The position numbers were made by a program, and so were the translations under genes. From a virus: a DNA stretch of 64,000 nt. Below are positions 19,453-29,916 of this stretch, in pieces. The DNA lies in IMG/VR virus record IMGVR_UViG_3300043464_001711, positions 1 through 64,000 of that record; one strand, 5' to 3'. Position 1 is the stretch's first letter; every line of letters starts with the position of its first letter. A model generated the notes under the pieces. It worked only from the letters and a program-made list of their open reading frames with translations. It was not told the origin of the DNA and made no database searches.

Positions 19453-20361
19453 TTATTTTCTTATAATTTTATAGTTTTTTTCAAAATAATCAATAGTATG
19501 TTTTAAACCATCATATAATGGTGTAAATTTAAAGTTTGGTAAATAGTTTTTTATTTTACTATTATCACTAGGTTTTCTGTATTGTCCATCAGGTTTATTA
19601 GTGTCAAAAACAACATTACCTTTAAAATTCATTAATTCAGTTATAATTTCTACTACTTCTTTTATAGAAATTTCTTCTGAAGTTGACAATATTACCGGTT
19701 CCGATTCATTATAATTTTCTAAAACCCATTCTGTTAATTTTGCCACATCTTGACTAAAAATAAACTCTCTTAATGGATTACCACTACCCCACACAATAAA
19801 ATCTGTTTTATTTTCTCTCGCTAAATAACATCTATGTATTAAGGACGGTATAACATGCCCATTTTCTAAATTATAATTGTCATTTGGCCCGTATATATTT
19901 GTTGGGATGACTGACTTGTAATTTAGTCCGTATTGTTCCCGATAAGCACGTATCTGAATGTCAGCCATTCTTTTGGCGTAAGCATAAGCGTCATTACTAA
20001 AATGTGGTGGTCCTAAATGTATTTTTTTTTCGGTTAATGGATATTCTATTGTATCAGGAAATATACAAGTAGATAAAAAACAAACTAAATTTTTTACACC
20101 ACAAATCCTAGAACTTTCAATAACGTTGGTATTCATTGTAATATTATCATAAAAGAACTCACCCTTATAATTCATATTACTACCAACACCCCCTACTTTA
20201 GCCGCACAATGAATAACACTATCAAAACCTTTTAACATTAAAAGTGTAGTCCTATCTTTTTGTCTTAAATCGTATTCTGTCGATTTTGGTTTGTAGTAAA
20301 TATCACTATTAAATTCAGAACCAACAAGACCGTTACCACCTGTAATTAAAATCTTTTTCAT
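19453..20361 (-). CDS. fcl: GDP-L-fucose synthase
   Basis: TGGNGLVG, HCAAKVGG, LSTCIFP, YAYAKR, PTNIYGPNDN, WGSGNPLREF. Confidence 0.95.
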   Translation of the reverse strand: MKKILITGGNGLVGSEFNSDIYYKPKSTEYDLRQKDRTTLLMLKGFDSVIHCAAKVGGVGSNMNYKGEFFYDNITMNTNVIESSRICGVKNLVCFLSTCIFPDTIEYPLTEKKIHLGPPHFSNDAYAYAKRMADIQIRAYREQYGLNYKSVIPTNIYGPNDNYNLENGHVIPSLIHRCYLARENKTDFIVWGSGNPLREFIFSQDVAKLTEWVLENYNESEPVILSTSEEISIKEVVEIITELMNFKGNVVFDTNKPDGQYRKPSDNSKIKNYLPNFKFTPLYDGLKHTIDYFEKNYKIIRK

Positions 20362-21398
20362 TAAAACCTAGGTTTAAGGATTGTATTCATAACCTCACTA
20401 GGTATATCAAGTTGGGGTTCATTACCTTTATAGTGATCTAACCAATATTCTATCATTTCATCTAACATTGTTTCAAAGCTATATTTAGGTTTCCACCCTA
20501 ATTTATTTCTTAATTTACTTGAGTCACCTTTTAAATTGTATAGTTCTTCAGGTCTAAAATGTTTATCATCAATCACGACATAATCCCTAAAATCTAATTC
20601 TAATTTATTAAATGTATATTCACATAAATCTTTAACTGAGTGTGAAATACCTGTTGAACAAACAAAATCATCTGGTTTATCGGTTTGCAACATCATCCAC
20701 ATTGCCTCTACATAATCCTTTGCATGACCCCAATCCCTAGTTGCACCAAGATTTCCTAAATATAAATTGTTTTGTAACCCTAATTTAATTCTAACCGCGG
20801 CTTTAACAACTTTATTAGTTACAAAGTTTGTTCCTCTTCTCGGTGATTCGTGATTAAATAAAATTCCATTCCATATTTTCATTCCATAAGAATTTCTATA
20901 ATTCTTACAAATATTATATGAAAATACTTTAGCACACCCATATGGTGATACAGGATTCATTGGGGTTGTTTCTCGTTGGTATCCATCATCATCAATCATA
21001 TTACCAAACATTTCGGATGATGAAGCCTGATATATTTTTGAGTTTGGGGAAACCATTCTAGCTGCCTCTAATAAATTAAGTGTACCTAAACCAGTCGCAT
21101 TAGCCGTGTATATCGGTTGGTCAAAACTAACCCTAACATGTGATTGAGCGGCTAGATTATATATTTCATCAGGTTGTACTTTTTGTAAAACTCTAACTAA
21201 TGATGCCATATCAGTTAAATCAGCATACTCTAAATTAATTTTACCCTTTGAATGTAGATGTTCTATTCTAGTAGATTGTGTTTCAGATACAGAATTTCTT
21301 TTTACTGTACCCCATATTTCATAATCCTTATCCAACAAAAATTCTGTTAAATAAGAACCGTCTTGTCCGTTAATACCTGTTATTAATGCTTTTTTCAT
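20361..21398 (-). CDS. gmd: GDP-mannose 4,6-dehydratase
   Basis: ALITGINGQDGSYL, YNLAAQSHV, YQASSSEMFG, GILFNHESPRRG, RDWGHAKDY. Confidence 0.97.
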   Translation of the reverse strand: MKKALITGINGQDGSYLTEFLLDKDYEIWGTVKRNSVSETQSTRIEHLHSKGKINLEYADLTDMASLVRVLQKVQPDEIYNLAAQSHVRVSFDQPIYTANATGLGTLNLLEAARMVSPNSKIYQASSSEMFGNMIDDDGYQRETTPMNPVSPYGCAKVFSYNICKNYRNSYGMKIWNGILFNHESPRRGTNFVTNKVVKAAVRIKLGLQNNLYLGNLGATRDWGHAKDYVEAMWMMLQTDKPDDFVCSTGISHSVKDLCEYTFNKLELDFRDYVVIDDKHFRPEELYNLKGDSSKLRNKLGWKPKYSFETMLDEMIEYWLDHYKGNEPQLDIPSEVMNTILKPRF

Positions 21399-21406
21399 TT
21401 ATAATA

Positions 21407-22234
21407 TTAATTTTTACATAATTCCGTAACTCTCTCAAAGAAAAAAGGATATTTTTTATTCATACATATTTCATAGTTTTTTTTCATAGCATGTATTCTT
21501 TTTGTAAAATCTTCTTCTTTTAATGTTTCTAAAACGTTTTTTAATTCAGTTTGATTATTTACTACAATAATCCCGTTTTTGTCAAAAAAATCGTCTATAT
21601 TTGGACAACCCCAATAAATAGGGATAGTGAAACTCATAAAACAGTCAATTAATTTTTCTGTAAAATAATTTTTTTGTTGACAATTTTCAATCACTAAATG
21701 GAACATCGAGTTTGTAAAAAGTTCTATTTTAGTATCTATACGGTTTTTTGGGAATAAAAAATCAAACTCATATTTTTTATTAATAATATTGTCAATACTG
21801 TGTCTAAAAATATGTCCATTTAATTGTCTTTTACCACTCCTAATAAAAGACAATTTAAATTTTTTGTCTTCGATTTTGAAATTATTAAAATACCCATTTT
21901 CTAAGTCAATTTTTTCATTATTTACATCCGTTAATACCCAACAGGAACCGTAACAAAATAATTCTGAATTTGAACAATTCTTTAATACTATTTCGTCTGA
22001 AGAATATATTTTATTAAAAAATTTTTGATTGTTTATTATTATTTGTGTTAAATTCGTAAATACCAAAGGTTCACAACCATTAATAAGTATTAAATTATCA
22101 AAATTATCCCTATCATATTTTAAACTATTAAAAAAATAATCGTGACTGGGGTCTATAATAATTTTTGTTTTTTTTTCAGAATAACCAAATAAATTAGGTA
22201 TTCCATTGGGGTTATAAGATTCTATTTTATACAT
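21407..22234 (-). CDS. GT10 alpha-1,3/4-fucosyltransferase-like
   Basis: FHLVIEN...YFTEKL.DCF...TIPIYWG. Confidence 0.85.
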   Translation of the reverse strand: MYKIESYNPNGIPNLFGYSEKKTKIIIDPSHDYFFNSLKYDRDNFDNLILINGCEPLVFTNLTQIIINNQKFFNKIYSSDEIVLKNCSNSELFCYGSCWVLTDVNNEKIDLENGYFNNFKIEDKKFKLSFIRSGKRQLNGHIFRHSIDNIINKKYEFDFLFPKNRIDTKIELFTNSMFHLVIENCQQKNYFTEKLIDCFMSFTIPIYWGCPNIDDFFDKNGIIVVNNQTELKNVLETLKEEDFTKRIHAMKKNYEICMNKKYPFFFERVTELCKN

Positions 22235-22928
22235 TTTTAACTTGAAAATATTTTATATTATGAAAAACATAACTATTTGTAATATAATTTTCTGGTATAA
22301 AACAAATAGTGTTTTTTTTATTTATAGCTGAAGCTAAAACTGATTGACCACTAAAACTACATATAAATTGGTGACAACTATTAATGATGTCTGTATAATG
22401 AAAAATAGAATCTATCTCAACGTATTCATATAATTCAATATCTCTATTTATTTTATGGTTGTCAGATATTTTATTTTTAAACTTAGGTATTACCACAGTT
22501 TTATTTGGAAAATTAATTTTTATGAAATCATCTAAATTTTTAGGTACTACGGGGTTTGTTGAAACACTACTTATATCTAAAATAATTTTATCATTAAATT
22601 CAATTATATTTTTTGGTTCATAATATATTTTTGGTATTCTATTCTGTGGTTCAAACCCGTGACATATTTCTTGATTATATATAATAGATTCATTAGGACT
22701 TACCCTTGAGAATCCTACACAAGAGCCGACATTAAAAGGTTCGTCTGAAATCCCTTTTACATATGGGTTAAGACCCCAAACTAAATCATATATTTCATCA
22801 TTTCGGTAAACGTTATCTTTTGATATGTAAAATTCATAACCTAATTTATGGTATAATTCAGGTAACGTTGAATATTGTAAATTATCCCCCAACCCACCCC
22901 AAGGTTGATATAGTACCTTATTGTTCAT
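22227..22928 (-). CDS. Putative glycosyltransferase (GT-B)
   Basis: GGLGDNL and FICSFSG motifs; cluster context. Confidence 0.55.
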   Translation of the reverse strand: MNNKVLYQPWGGLGDNLQYSTLPELYHKLGYEFYISKDNVYRNDEIYDLVWGLNPYVKGISDEPFNVGSCVGFSRVSPNESIIYNQEICHGFEPQNRIPKIYYEPKNIIEFNDKIILDISSVSTNPVVPKNLDDFIKINFPNKTVVIPKFKNKISDNHKINRDIELYEYVEIDSIFHYTDIINSCHQFICSFSGQSVLASAINKKNTICFIPENYITNSYVFHNIKYFQVKNV

Positions 22929-23517
22929 TAAATTCTATTATTAAAGTCCCTCTAATAGATTCTAATATATAATACGATTTGATTATTTCACTATTATTTA
23001 ACACCCATTCATCAGCGGCCTTTCTTACTTGTGGTAAGAAATTATAATCGTCAATTATAGCGACTTTACAAGAATTTTTTAATAAATTTAAATCTTTAAT
23101 TTTACCTTCATAACTGTGGTCACCATCTATATGGATTAAATCATAAAAATCATCAAATTTTGTTATTGTATGAGAATCAACATTTAAAAAAGTATATTCT
23201 AAAGATGGTTTAATATATTTTTTTATATTTTCTTCAGCAACATTTAATGAATTTTTTTCATAATCATCACAATCAATACCAACAACCTTTTCAATATTAT
23301 TACTACCAGATACCATTACACCTAAACTATAACCATATCTTACACCTATTTCTAGTATTTTTTTTGGTTGGTAATGTTTTGAAATAGCATAATAATATTC
23401 ATAATAATTATTACTTTTTAAATATTCGTCGTGTGTTGTACCCAACTCTAAAAAAAATTCTGGTTTAACAACGTCAAAAATAGACTTTGGTTTTAGTTCT
23501 AAAATTAAATTTTTCAT
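22918..23517 (-). CDS. Class I SAM methyltransferase (Methyltransf_24-like)
   Basis: ILEIGVRYGYS, DLIHIDGDHSY. Confidence 0.85.
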   Translation of the reverse strand: MKNLILELKPKSIFDVVKPEFFLELGTTHDEYLKSNNYYEYYYAISKHYQPKKILEIGVRYGYSLGVMVSGSNNIEKVVGIDCDDYEKNSLNVAEENIKKYIKPSLEYTFLNVDSHTITKFDDFYDLIHIDGDHSYEGKIKDLNLLKNSCKVAIIDDYNFLPQVRKAADEWVLNNSEIIKSYYILESIRGTLIIEFNEQ

Positions 23518-23520
23518 TTT

Positions 23521-24147
23521 TTATTGTATTTTTTTAAATACACCACTAAGTATGTTAGTGTAATTTTGTTCGTTTTTTCTTATAGTATCTTCTATATTGG
23601 ATATGTTAACAACATCGTAACCAATTTCATTCATAAATTTTATTAATGAATCTTCATTAAAATGCCATAAATGTTCATTTGGTTTTCTATGTTTCCAAGT
23701 CTCAAACCAATCATCCGAAAAATAATGACAATTAGGTAATGATATAACAATATATTTTGTTTTAATGTTTTTAATTTGATATATATCCTCTAAATGTTCA
23801 AGAACATCAAAAAAGCACACAACATCAAAATCTTGTGAATATATATCATCAATATATTCACAAGATTTTGGGATATTATATTCATTACTAATATCAGACC
23901 CGTAACAATTTGGAATTAAGTCGGAGGCAACCTTTAAAAAATCACCATTACCGTAACCAACGTCCAGTAATTTATTTATGGGACCATTAATACTACCCAA
24001 AATATAGCCAAGTCTTAAATACCCCATTCTTAACCCTAATTCACCTAATTTATTATAGTTATTTGAATATTCAAACCCATAATTAAAAGGTTTTTTTTCA
24101 ATTTGTTCTATTACACCGTTTTCTAATTTTTTATAATTTTCTAACAT
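23521..24147 (-). CDS. Class I SAM methyltransferase
   Basis: LLDVGYGNGDFL, FFDVLEH. Confidence 0.85.
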   Translation of the reverse strand: MLENYKKLENGVIEQIEKKPFNYGFEYSNNYNKLGELGLRMGYLRLGYILGSINGPINKLLDVGYGNGDFLKVASDLIPNCYGSDISNEYNIPKSCEYIDDIYSQDFDVVCFFDVLEHLEDIYQIKNIKTKYIVISLPNCHYFSDDWFETWKHRKPNEHLWHFNEDSLIKFMNEIGYDVVNISNIEDTIRKNEQNYTNILSGVFKKIQ

Positions 24148-24761
24148 ATTTTTTTATTTTTAAAAATGGTATCACAACCAAGATAGGATATAATCTCAAA
24201 ACTATTTTCTAACATAATATTAGTTATGTTTATATCATTATAATTGTTTTCAATACTCATAAAATTAATTTGATATTTATTAAAATCTATTGTTTTTAAA
24301 ATATTTAATTCAGAGCCTTCTACATCTAAACTAGCATAATCAATTACTGATGGTAGATTTAATTCATCCATTGTTATAGTTTTACATCTAATAATTTCTT
24401 TTTTACCACCCATAGAACGTAATTCATTTTCAATTCTAGTTAAGTGTCTAGGGTCATAATTTTTTACGATACCACTAAGCATTTCAGTATACCCTTCTAG
24501 TACTAAAAAATCTTCTTCACCACTAACCCCAGAAAGAGCTGACTCAACTAAAATACAGTTACGGTTGTTTTTTAATTTTTCAAATACACTAGGTATTGGT
24601 TCTATACAAACCCCAGACCAGCCTAGTTTTTCAAACAAAAAAGTATTATTACCTGTTATACCATCATGGGCACCAATATCTAGAAAAAACCCATTTTCTT
24701 TATTTTTAAAAAAATTTTCGTATAAAAATTTATCTTGATTAAATTGACTGTAGAATTCCAT
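24141..24761 (-). CDS. FkbM-family methyltransferase
   Basis: FFLDIGAHDG, WSGVCIEP, SLDVEGSE. Confidence 0.9.
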   Translation of the reverse strand: MEFYSQFNQDKFLYENFFKNKENGFFLDIGAHDGITGNNTFLFEKLGWSGVCIEPIPSVFEKLKNNRNCILVESALSGVSGEEDFLVLEGYTEMLSGIVKNYDPRHLTRIENELRSMGGKKEIIRCKTITMDELNLPSVIDYASLDVEGSELNILKTIDFNKYQINFMSIENNYNDINITNIMLENSFEIISYLGCDTIFKNKKIC

Positions 24762-24784
24762 TTTTTTATTAAAAAGTTATTATT

Positions 24785-25555
24785 TTATATTTTTATTATA
24801 TTAATAAAATATAAATCATTTGTATTATGTTGTAAATAGTTACCAAACCAATTGGTTGGTGCTATAACTTTTTTATTTGGGTTTTGATTTAACCAAGCTC
24901 CCCACCAAGAAAAACTAGAATTGGCTATAATATTATTTTTACATAAAGACATTAACCACAAATCAATATAATCTTTATTACCTTCAATAAAAATAAAATT
25001 TTCACCTTTAAACACATCTTTACACCATTCAATATCATCTGAAAAAATTAAAAATTTAGTATTTTTAGAAAATTCTTTAATACTATTTTTGTAATATTCT
25101 AGTGTACACGTTGGGTGGTGATTCGGGTATTTTAAATAATCCCCCCTTCTAACATGGAGTGAACAAGTTTCACCAGTTAATATTTCACCATATTTTTCAT
25201 ATATTTTTTTACTAGATTCATCATCTATACTATATAAATCCAATATTTTTTTTCTATTATGTATAAAATATTTTTCACTTTGGAAATAACCATGTAATTT
25301 TTGATTAGGTTTATAAGGTATTTTCTGATAATGAAAAAATGGTTCGTGATAGTTATTTTCCACATTTAAATTATGGTCAATAAATTTAATTTTAGATAAA
25401 ATATTATTAGTATAACTTTTTATTGGTTGGTGTCCTATTACACTATCATTTATATTAAAAATAATTTTATCACCATTATCTAAAGCTAAAGAATAAGCTG
25501 AGGCTATTTGAAATAAATAATTACCTAAACCACCCATTAAATTTGATGTAACCAT
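24785..25555 (-). CDS. GT11 alpha-1,2-fucosyltransferase
   Basis: GGLGNYLFQ, GYFQSEKYF, HVRRGDY, ANSSFSWWGAWL. Confidence 0.92.
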   Translation of the reverse strand: MVTSNLMGGLGNYLFQIASAYSLALDNGDKIIFNINDSVIGHQPIKSYTNNILSKIKFIDHNLNVENNYHEPFFHYQKIPYKPNQKLHGYFQSEKYFIHNRKKILDLYSIDDESSKKIYEKYGEILTGETCSLHVRRGDYLKYPNHHPTCTLEYYKNSIKEFSKNTKFLIFSDDIEWCKDVFKGENFIFIEGNKDYIDLWLMSLCKNNIIANSSFSWWGAWLNQNPNKKVIAPTNWFGNYLQHNTNDLYFINIIKI

Positions 25556-25556
25556 A

Positions 25557-26315
25557 TTATACCCAATTCCAAGTTTTAATATGATTAGTTAATTGTTCCT
25601 TATTCATATTTCTTATTTTATGAAATTCCTGTCCATTAATATTAAAAAATGGGTTTTTATCAGAACTATTGTGTGTCCTACTGTGGGTTAAATGATATAG
25701 CACACCATCAACTCGACAAAGATTATAACCCATAATTTCTATACGAACAACACGTTCCCAATCTTCATGACCCCATGAAACAAAATTTTCATTTTCTAAA
25801 CCTATCTGTGTATACCTTTCTTTGTTAAAGAAAAATGCTCCCCCCACAGAGTTCGGATTAAATAAAACACATTGTGTTAAATCAATATTTTCAATATTAT
25901 CAGAATCTACTAAATAAAATTGGTTTTTTTGAACGTCATAAAATTTACCAGAATAAGGGAATACCATATCACAACCTTCTAAAATTTTATTTCTAGATTC
26001 CATGTATTGTTCTACTGTAAATAAAACATCAACATCATAGTTAACAACAATATTTGTTTCACACATTTTAGTCATATCGTTCAACAATCTTGTTCTATGA
26101 AAAAGTTTTTCATCATTTTTTTCAAAAACATATTTTATTTTATCTGAAATTGATTTCACAAATTCCTCATTAGAATTTTCATCACTTTCTAATACAATAA
26201 TATTAGTATCAAAATTTCTCAATAAAAAGTTAATTGATGTTTTAAAATTATCTCTTCTATCCTGTGAATCAAATCTCACTGGGACTATAAATGTAACGTC
26301 TTTAAAATCAATCAT
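25557..26315 (-). CDS. GT2/GT7-like glycosyltransferase
   Basis: TFIVPV, YDVD, GLENENFVSWGHED. Confidence 0.85.
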   Translation of the reverse strand: MIDFKDVTFIVPVRFDSQDRRDNFKTSINFLLRNFDTNIIVLESDENSNEEFVKSISDKIKYVFEKNDEKLFHRTRLLNDMTKMCETNIVVNYDVDVLFTVEQYMESRNKILEGCDMVFPYSGKFYDVQKNQFYLVDSDNIENIDLTQCVLFNPNSVGGAFFFNKERYTQIGLENENFVSWGHEDWERVVRIEIMGYNLCRVDGVLYHLTHSRTHNSSDKNPFFNINGQEFHKIRNMNKEQLTNHIKTWNWV

Positions 26316-27853
26316 TATCCTCTATTTTGATATATAAAATGTAATTGTTGTTGTACTTGTTCTGGTGTGGCTAAAGGTGTTTCTGTGGGTGTAATCCCAT
26401 GTTTCTTTTTATACCACATAGTACCTTTTCTAAAATTATCGTTCCATGTTGGTGTTCTAGCTATAGTGCTTTCAGCGATAGAGTTTGGTATGTCTGTTAG
26501 GTATTTCCAACTTTCGTTAATATCAGCAAAATACCAAAAAGCTGGGTGATACATTTTTTTAATTGCCTGATAGGTGTGTTCTACATGTTCCCACGCATTT
26601 TTAAATGCTGGGTCAAAACCACCAATATCCTCTAATACAGGCCTATAATAATAAGAAAATGCTCCAACACAATTTGGGTATAAAGCTATTTTAACTTCCT
26701 TGTTTAATTCATCACCATTTTCATAAGGAATAATCATTCTAGGATTTGGTTTTCCGTTTACATCTTTTCTTTCTGATAAATCGGTAAAGCCTTTACTACC
26801 AATTTTATTTGCTGGACCATGTAATGCAAAATTTAAATGTTTAATCCCTGATATTAAAGAATGTCTAATATATTCTTTGAATACATTTTCATCTTTAATA
26901 AGAATGTCATCTTCCATAATAAAAATGTGTTCACAACCTTTTTCCATTAAATAATTAATAGCGGTTGTTTTGGCAGCACCAACAGACATATTTGTTTTAT
27001 GTTGTATAATATGCGCTTGTTCGGGATAAGCATCACTAGGGTAAGGTGTTCCGTCATTAACAATAACAAAAGTTTTAATCCATTTTGGGACTGTAAAAGC
27101 ACTTTCCCTTATTCTATGTTCTGCATTATAAGTTACCATAGCAAAACCAATAGAATTAGGATCAAAATCTAACTTTTCTTCAAAAGTTTTATTACTGGTT
27201 AATCTAACAGGCAATTTATCTTTATATTTTTCTTCAAATTTTATTTTATTTTCCTCCCATTGTTGGTTAGTCATCCCTATCGACAGATGGGTCACTCTAA
27301 TCAAAGTGGTTAAACCAATTTTAACACCATCTAAATAATTAGGGAAACAAAAAGATATGTCGTAAAAATGAAAACCATCAAAGTCTTCATCAAAATCGTG
27401 TTTTATTTTTGTTTTATCTACAGCAAAAAATAAACCGTCTAAAACAACCATTTCGGTTATTTTGTTTCCTTGGTCTTTAGAATAATAATTAGTCCATTTT
27501 TTACCTTCATGCTGGTGGGAAACAATCCCATTCATAGATTCTTTCAAAGTCCACCATCTACCGTCTAGTAAATCTGTTGTACCGGCGATACCAATTATAC
27601 CGTATTCAGGATTTTTATTAAATAACTTGTCTAATTTTTGACCCCAGTTTTTAGTTTCATGTATTATATCATCATGACAAAAAACAACAATATTATTAGA
27701 AGACTCTTTTAAACCTTTATTATAGAATTTAGTTAAGGATTCACCTTGGTTAATGTATTCTATAACTTCTATATTTTTAATACCAGAAGTTTTTTTAATA
27801 TGTTCTACATATTCAGGATTATGTTCTCTTGTACAATAAACAACACTAATCAT
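26315..27853 (-). CDS. Two-domain GT2-like glycosyltransferase
   Basis: FCHDD...VVLDGLF domain plus IVNDG...IMEDD domain. Confidence 0.8.
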   Translation of the reverse strand: MISVVYCTREHNPEYVEHIKKTSGIKNIEVIEYINQGESLTKFYNKGLKESSNNIVVFCHDDIIHETKNWGQKLDKLFNKNPEYGIIGIAGTTDLLDGRWWTLKESMNGIVSHQHEGKKWTNYYSKDQGNKITEMVVLDGLFFAVDKTKIKHDFDEDFDGFHFYDISFCFPNYLDGVKIGLTTLIRVTHLSIGMTNQQWEENKIKFEEKYKDKLPVRLTSNKTFEEKLDFDPNSIGFAMVTYNAEHRIRESAFTVPKWIKTFVIVNDGTPYPSDAYPEQAHIIQHKTNMSVGAAKTTAINYLMEKGCEHIFIMEDDILIKDENVFKEYIRHSLISGIKHLNFALHGPANKIGSKGFTDLSERKDVNGKPNPRMIIPYENGDELNKEVKIALYPNCVGAFSYYYRPVLEDIGGFDPAFKNAWEHVEHTYQAIKKMYHPAFWYFADINESWKYLTDIPNSIAESTIARTPTWNDNFRKGTMWYKKKHGITPTETPLATPEQVQQQLHFIYQNRG

Positions 27854-27874
27854 ATTTTAAAATTATCTTTTATA

Positions 27875-28366
27875 TTATTTTTCTATTTCTATAATATTAA
27901 CAGGTTCTTCACAATAAACAGAAAGATGACAAGCGGCTTTAATAGCCTCTTTAACTGAGTTACCTAAATAAAGAGCAGCTAAAGCGAAATCCATCCCAGC
28001 ACCAATAGCTGTGTAATCTGTTACTTCCTTACACCAAAAACCTTCCATTACAAAAGCCTTTCCTTCAAAAACAATAACATATTGATTACTTAGTTTAGGT
28101 TCTTCAGTTTTATTTCTATACCAATCCTGAAATTCTGACATAAACTCTACTAAAGCATCTACTGAGGCTTCTCTAGGTTTTCTTGTTTTACAATAAATCA
28201 AAAATAAACCACCTTCTTGTGCATCACCACAATCACCAATAACCATCCCATTGACTTGATTAAGTTTAGCTAATTTATCTTTTTCTTGGGTCCATCCTGA
28301 TACTAAAATACTATCAGCCCCAATTGTGATTTTTTTATTAGTTACTTTTACTGCTACTACTGACAT
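27875..28366 (-). CDS. Ntn-hydrolase, proteasome-beta/HslV-like
   Basis: MSVVAV...IGADS...K; AIGAGMDFALAAL...A.KAA. Confidence 0.7.
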   Translation of the reverse strand: MSVVAVKVTNKKITIGADSILVSGWTQEKDKLAKLNQVNGMVIGDCGDAQEGGLFLIYCKTRKPREASVDALVEFMSEFQDWYRNKTEEPKLSNQYVIVFEGKAFVMEGFWCKEVTDYTAIGAGMDFALAALYLGNSVKEAIKAACHLSVYCEEPVNIIEIEK

Positions 28367-28369
28367 TTT

Positions 28370-28696
28370 TTAAGCTTTTGTTGTTATATTATAAACTCCG
28401 TTAGTTAAAGTTAAATTATCCGTATTTGATGTTGTATACCAAATTTGTGGATAAGTTGGTGGGTAGGTCCTTGTATAAGGACTTGGGTTTGGGTCAATTG
28501 GTACAAAAGGATTTATTGGGGTGTGTGGTGTTATCGTTATAGGATTATTCCACTCCCTAATTTTCTCAACCTTTAACGTAAATTCTCTCCATAACCCACC
28601 TGGTAAAATACTATTTATTTGTTCATAGAATTCATGAAGATTAACATCCTCTTCTATGGTAATAGTTTTATTTTCTGTATCTAATTGTAATTTCAT
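28370..28696 (-). CDS. Hypothetical protein
   Basis: ORF with a Pro-rich C-terminus. Confidence 0.6.
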   Translation of the reverse strand: MKLQLDTENKTITIEEDVNLHEFYEQINSILPGGLWREFTLKVEKIREWNNPITITPHTPINPFVPIDPNPSPYTRTYPPTYPQIWYTTSNTDNLTLTNGVYNITTKA

Positions 28697-29010
28697 TATT
28701 TTGTACCTGTAGAACCAAATCCCCCCTCACCACGTTCAGATTCGTTTATTTCAGCCACTTCAATTAAATCTCCGTAATCAGAACTTATTCTATGGGCGAT
28801 TACACCTTGTGCAATTCTTTCTCCTTTATCCCATGTAAATTCTTCGTTACTTAAATTAACTAAAAGAACTTTTATTTCTCCTCTATACCCACAATTATGT
28901 ATTAGGTGGTTATTACAAAAAAAATTACTATTATTTTTTACAGTAATATCATAAGTATCGACTTCACCAATATTTTCAATCCTTTTAATTTTAGTTAGTT
29001 TCATTTTCAA
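28696..29010 (-). CDS. dut: Split intein C-fragment (39 aa) fused to the dUTPase C-terminal extein
   Basis: TYDITV..NFF.N..LIHN|CGYRGEI...GERIAQ...RGEGGFGSTG (intein blocks F/G, then dUTPase motifs 3-5). Confidence 0.95.
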   Translation of the reverse strand: MKMKLTKIKRIENIGEVDTYDITVKNNSNFFCNNHLIHNCGYRGEIKVLLVNLSNEEFTWDKGERIAQGVIAHRISSDYGDLIEVAEINESERGEGGFGSTGTK

Positions 29011-29878
29011 TAAAATTTTTTAGTTCATTAATATTATAAAATATTTTATAGTTATTATATATTTTTTTAGTAAAATTTTCTTTAATCAACACTTCTTCAC
29101 TAACCCAACCCTTCATTTCAACAATCCATTCCTCACCATTTTTTAATTTTATTAAAAAATCTGGTATGTAATTCTTTTTAACCCCATTTAAAATATAAGG
29201 TATGACTATTTTATGTTTATTAGTCCAACTTTCAACTAAAGATGTTGTATCTAAATAAACCATAGACTCTTCTTCTAGTGATGAGGCATAATAATATTTT
29301 TCACCTAATTTATCAAGATAGTAACCAGTTTTATAGATACTTTTCTCATTATTTAATTTACCGTTTAAAAATAATTCTGTAACTATTTTTGACATCTTTT
29401 CTTTAAACGTATTATTTTTTTCACATCTACCATCGTTTAATATTCTCTTTAAAGAGTTAATAACTTTTTCCCTATACTCAATATTTCCCCATCTTTTTTT
29501 AGAAGACTCTGATATTTTAGTGATTCTTTCTTCACTCTTAACCCATTTCTTAAATTCTTCAGTTTTATGATAGTTAGTAAAGCCACTAAAAATGTTAGGG
29601 TCTTCTTTATGTATTTTTTTAATTTTTTCTGACATTTTTTGTTTAAACTCAGTTTTATTATGTGTAATTTTTCTGATATTAGACATTTTTTGTTTAAACT
29701 CAACCTCAGACCATTTATTTTTTTCTCTTTCAGATATTTTTTTTCTATACTCTTCTGAAATTATTTCAGCCCCAGGGAACATCTCTTGGTATCTTTCTTT
29801 ATTTATTTTATGTGTGTGTTTCAAATGATCTTTTATCGAACATTTTTTTAAGATCCCACATATTTTACATTCCACCAT
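28991..29878 (-). mobile_element. Free-standing homing endonuclease: zinc finger, helical repeats and TnsA-like PD-(D/E)xK domain
   Basis: CKICG...HLKHTH; YASSLE...YIPDF...IVEMKG; located between the split-intein halves. Confidence 0.8.
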
Positions 29879-29916
29879 AATACTCAGTATATATTATATA
29901 AATAGTATAATGGTGA

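Noticed and set aside
28991-29916. Group I intron interrupting dUTPase
   Set aside because: Only ~38 nt are non-coding and the nuclease overlaps the IntC gene, leaving no room for a ribozyme core; split-intein motifs explain the layout
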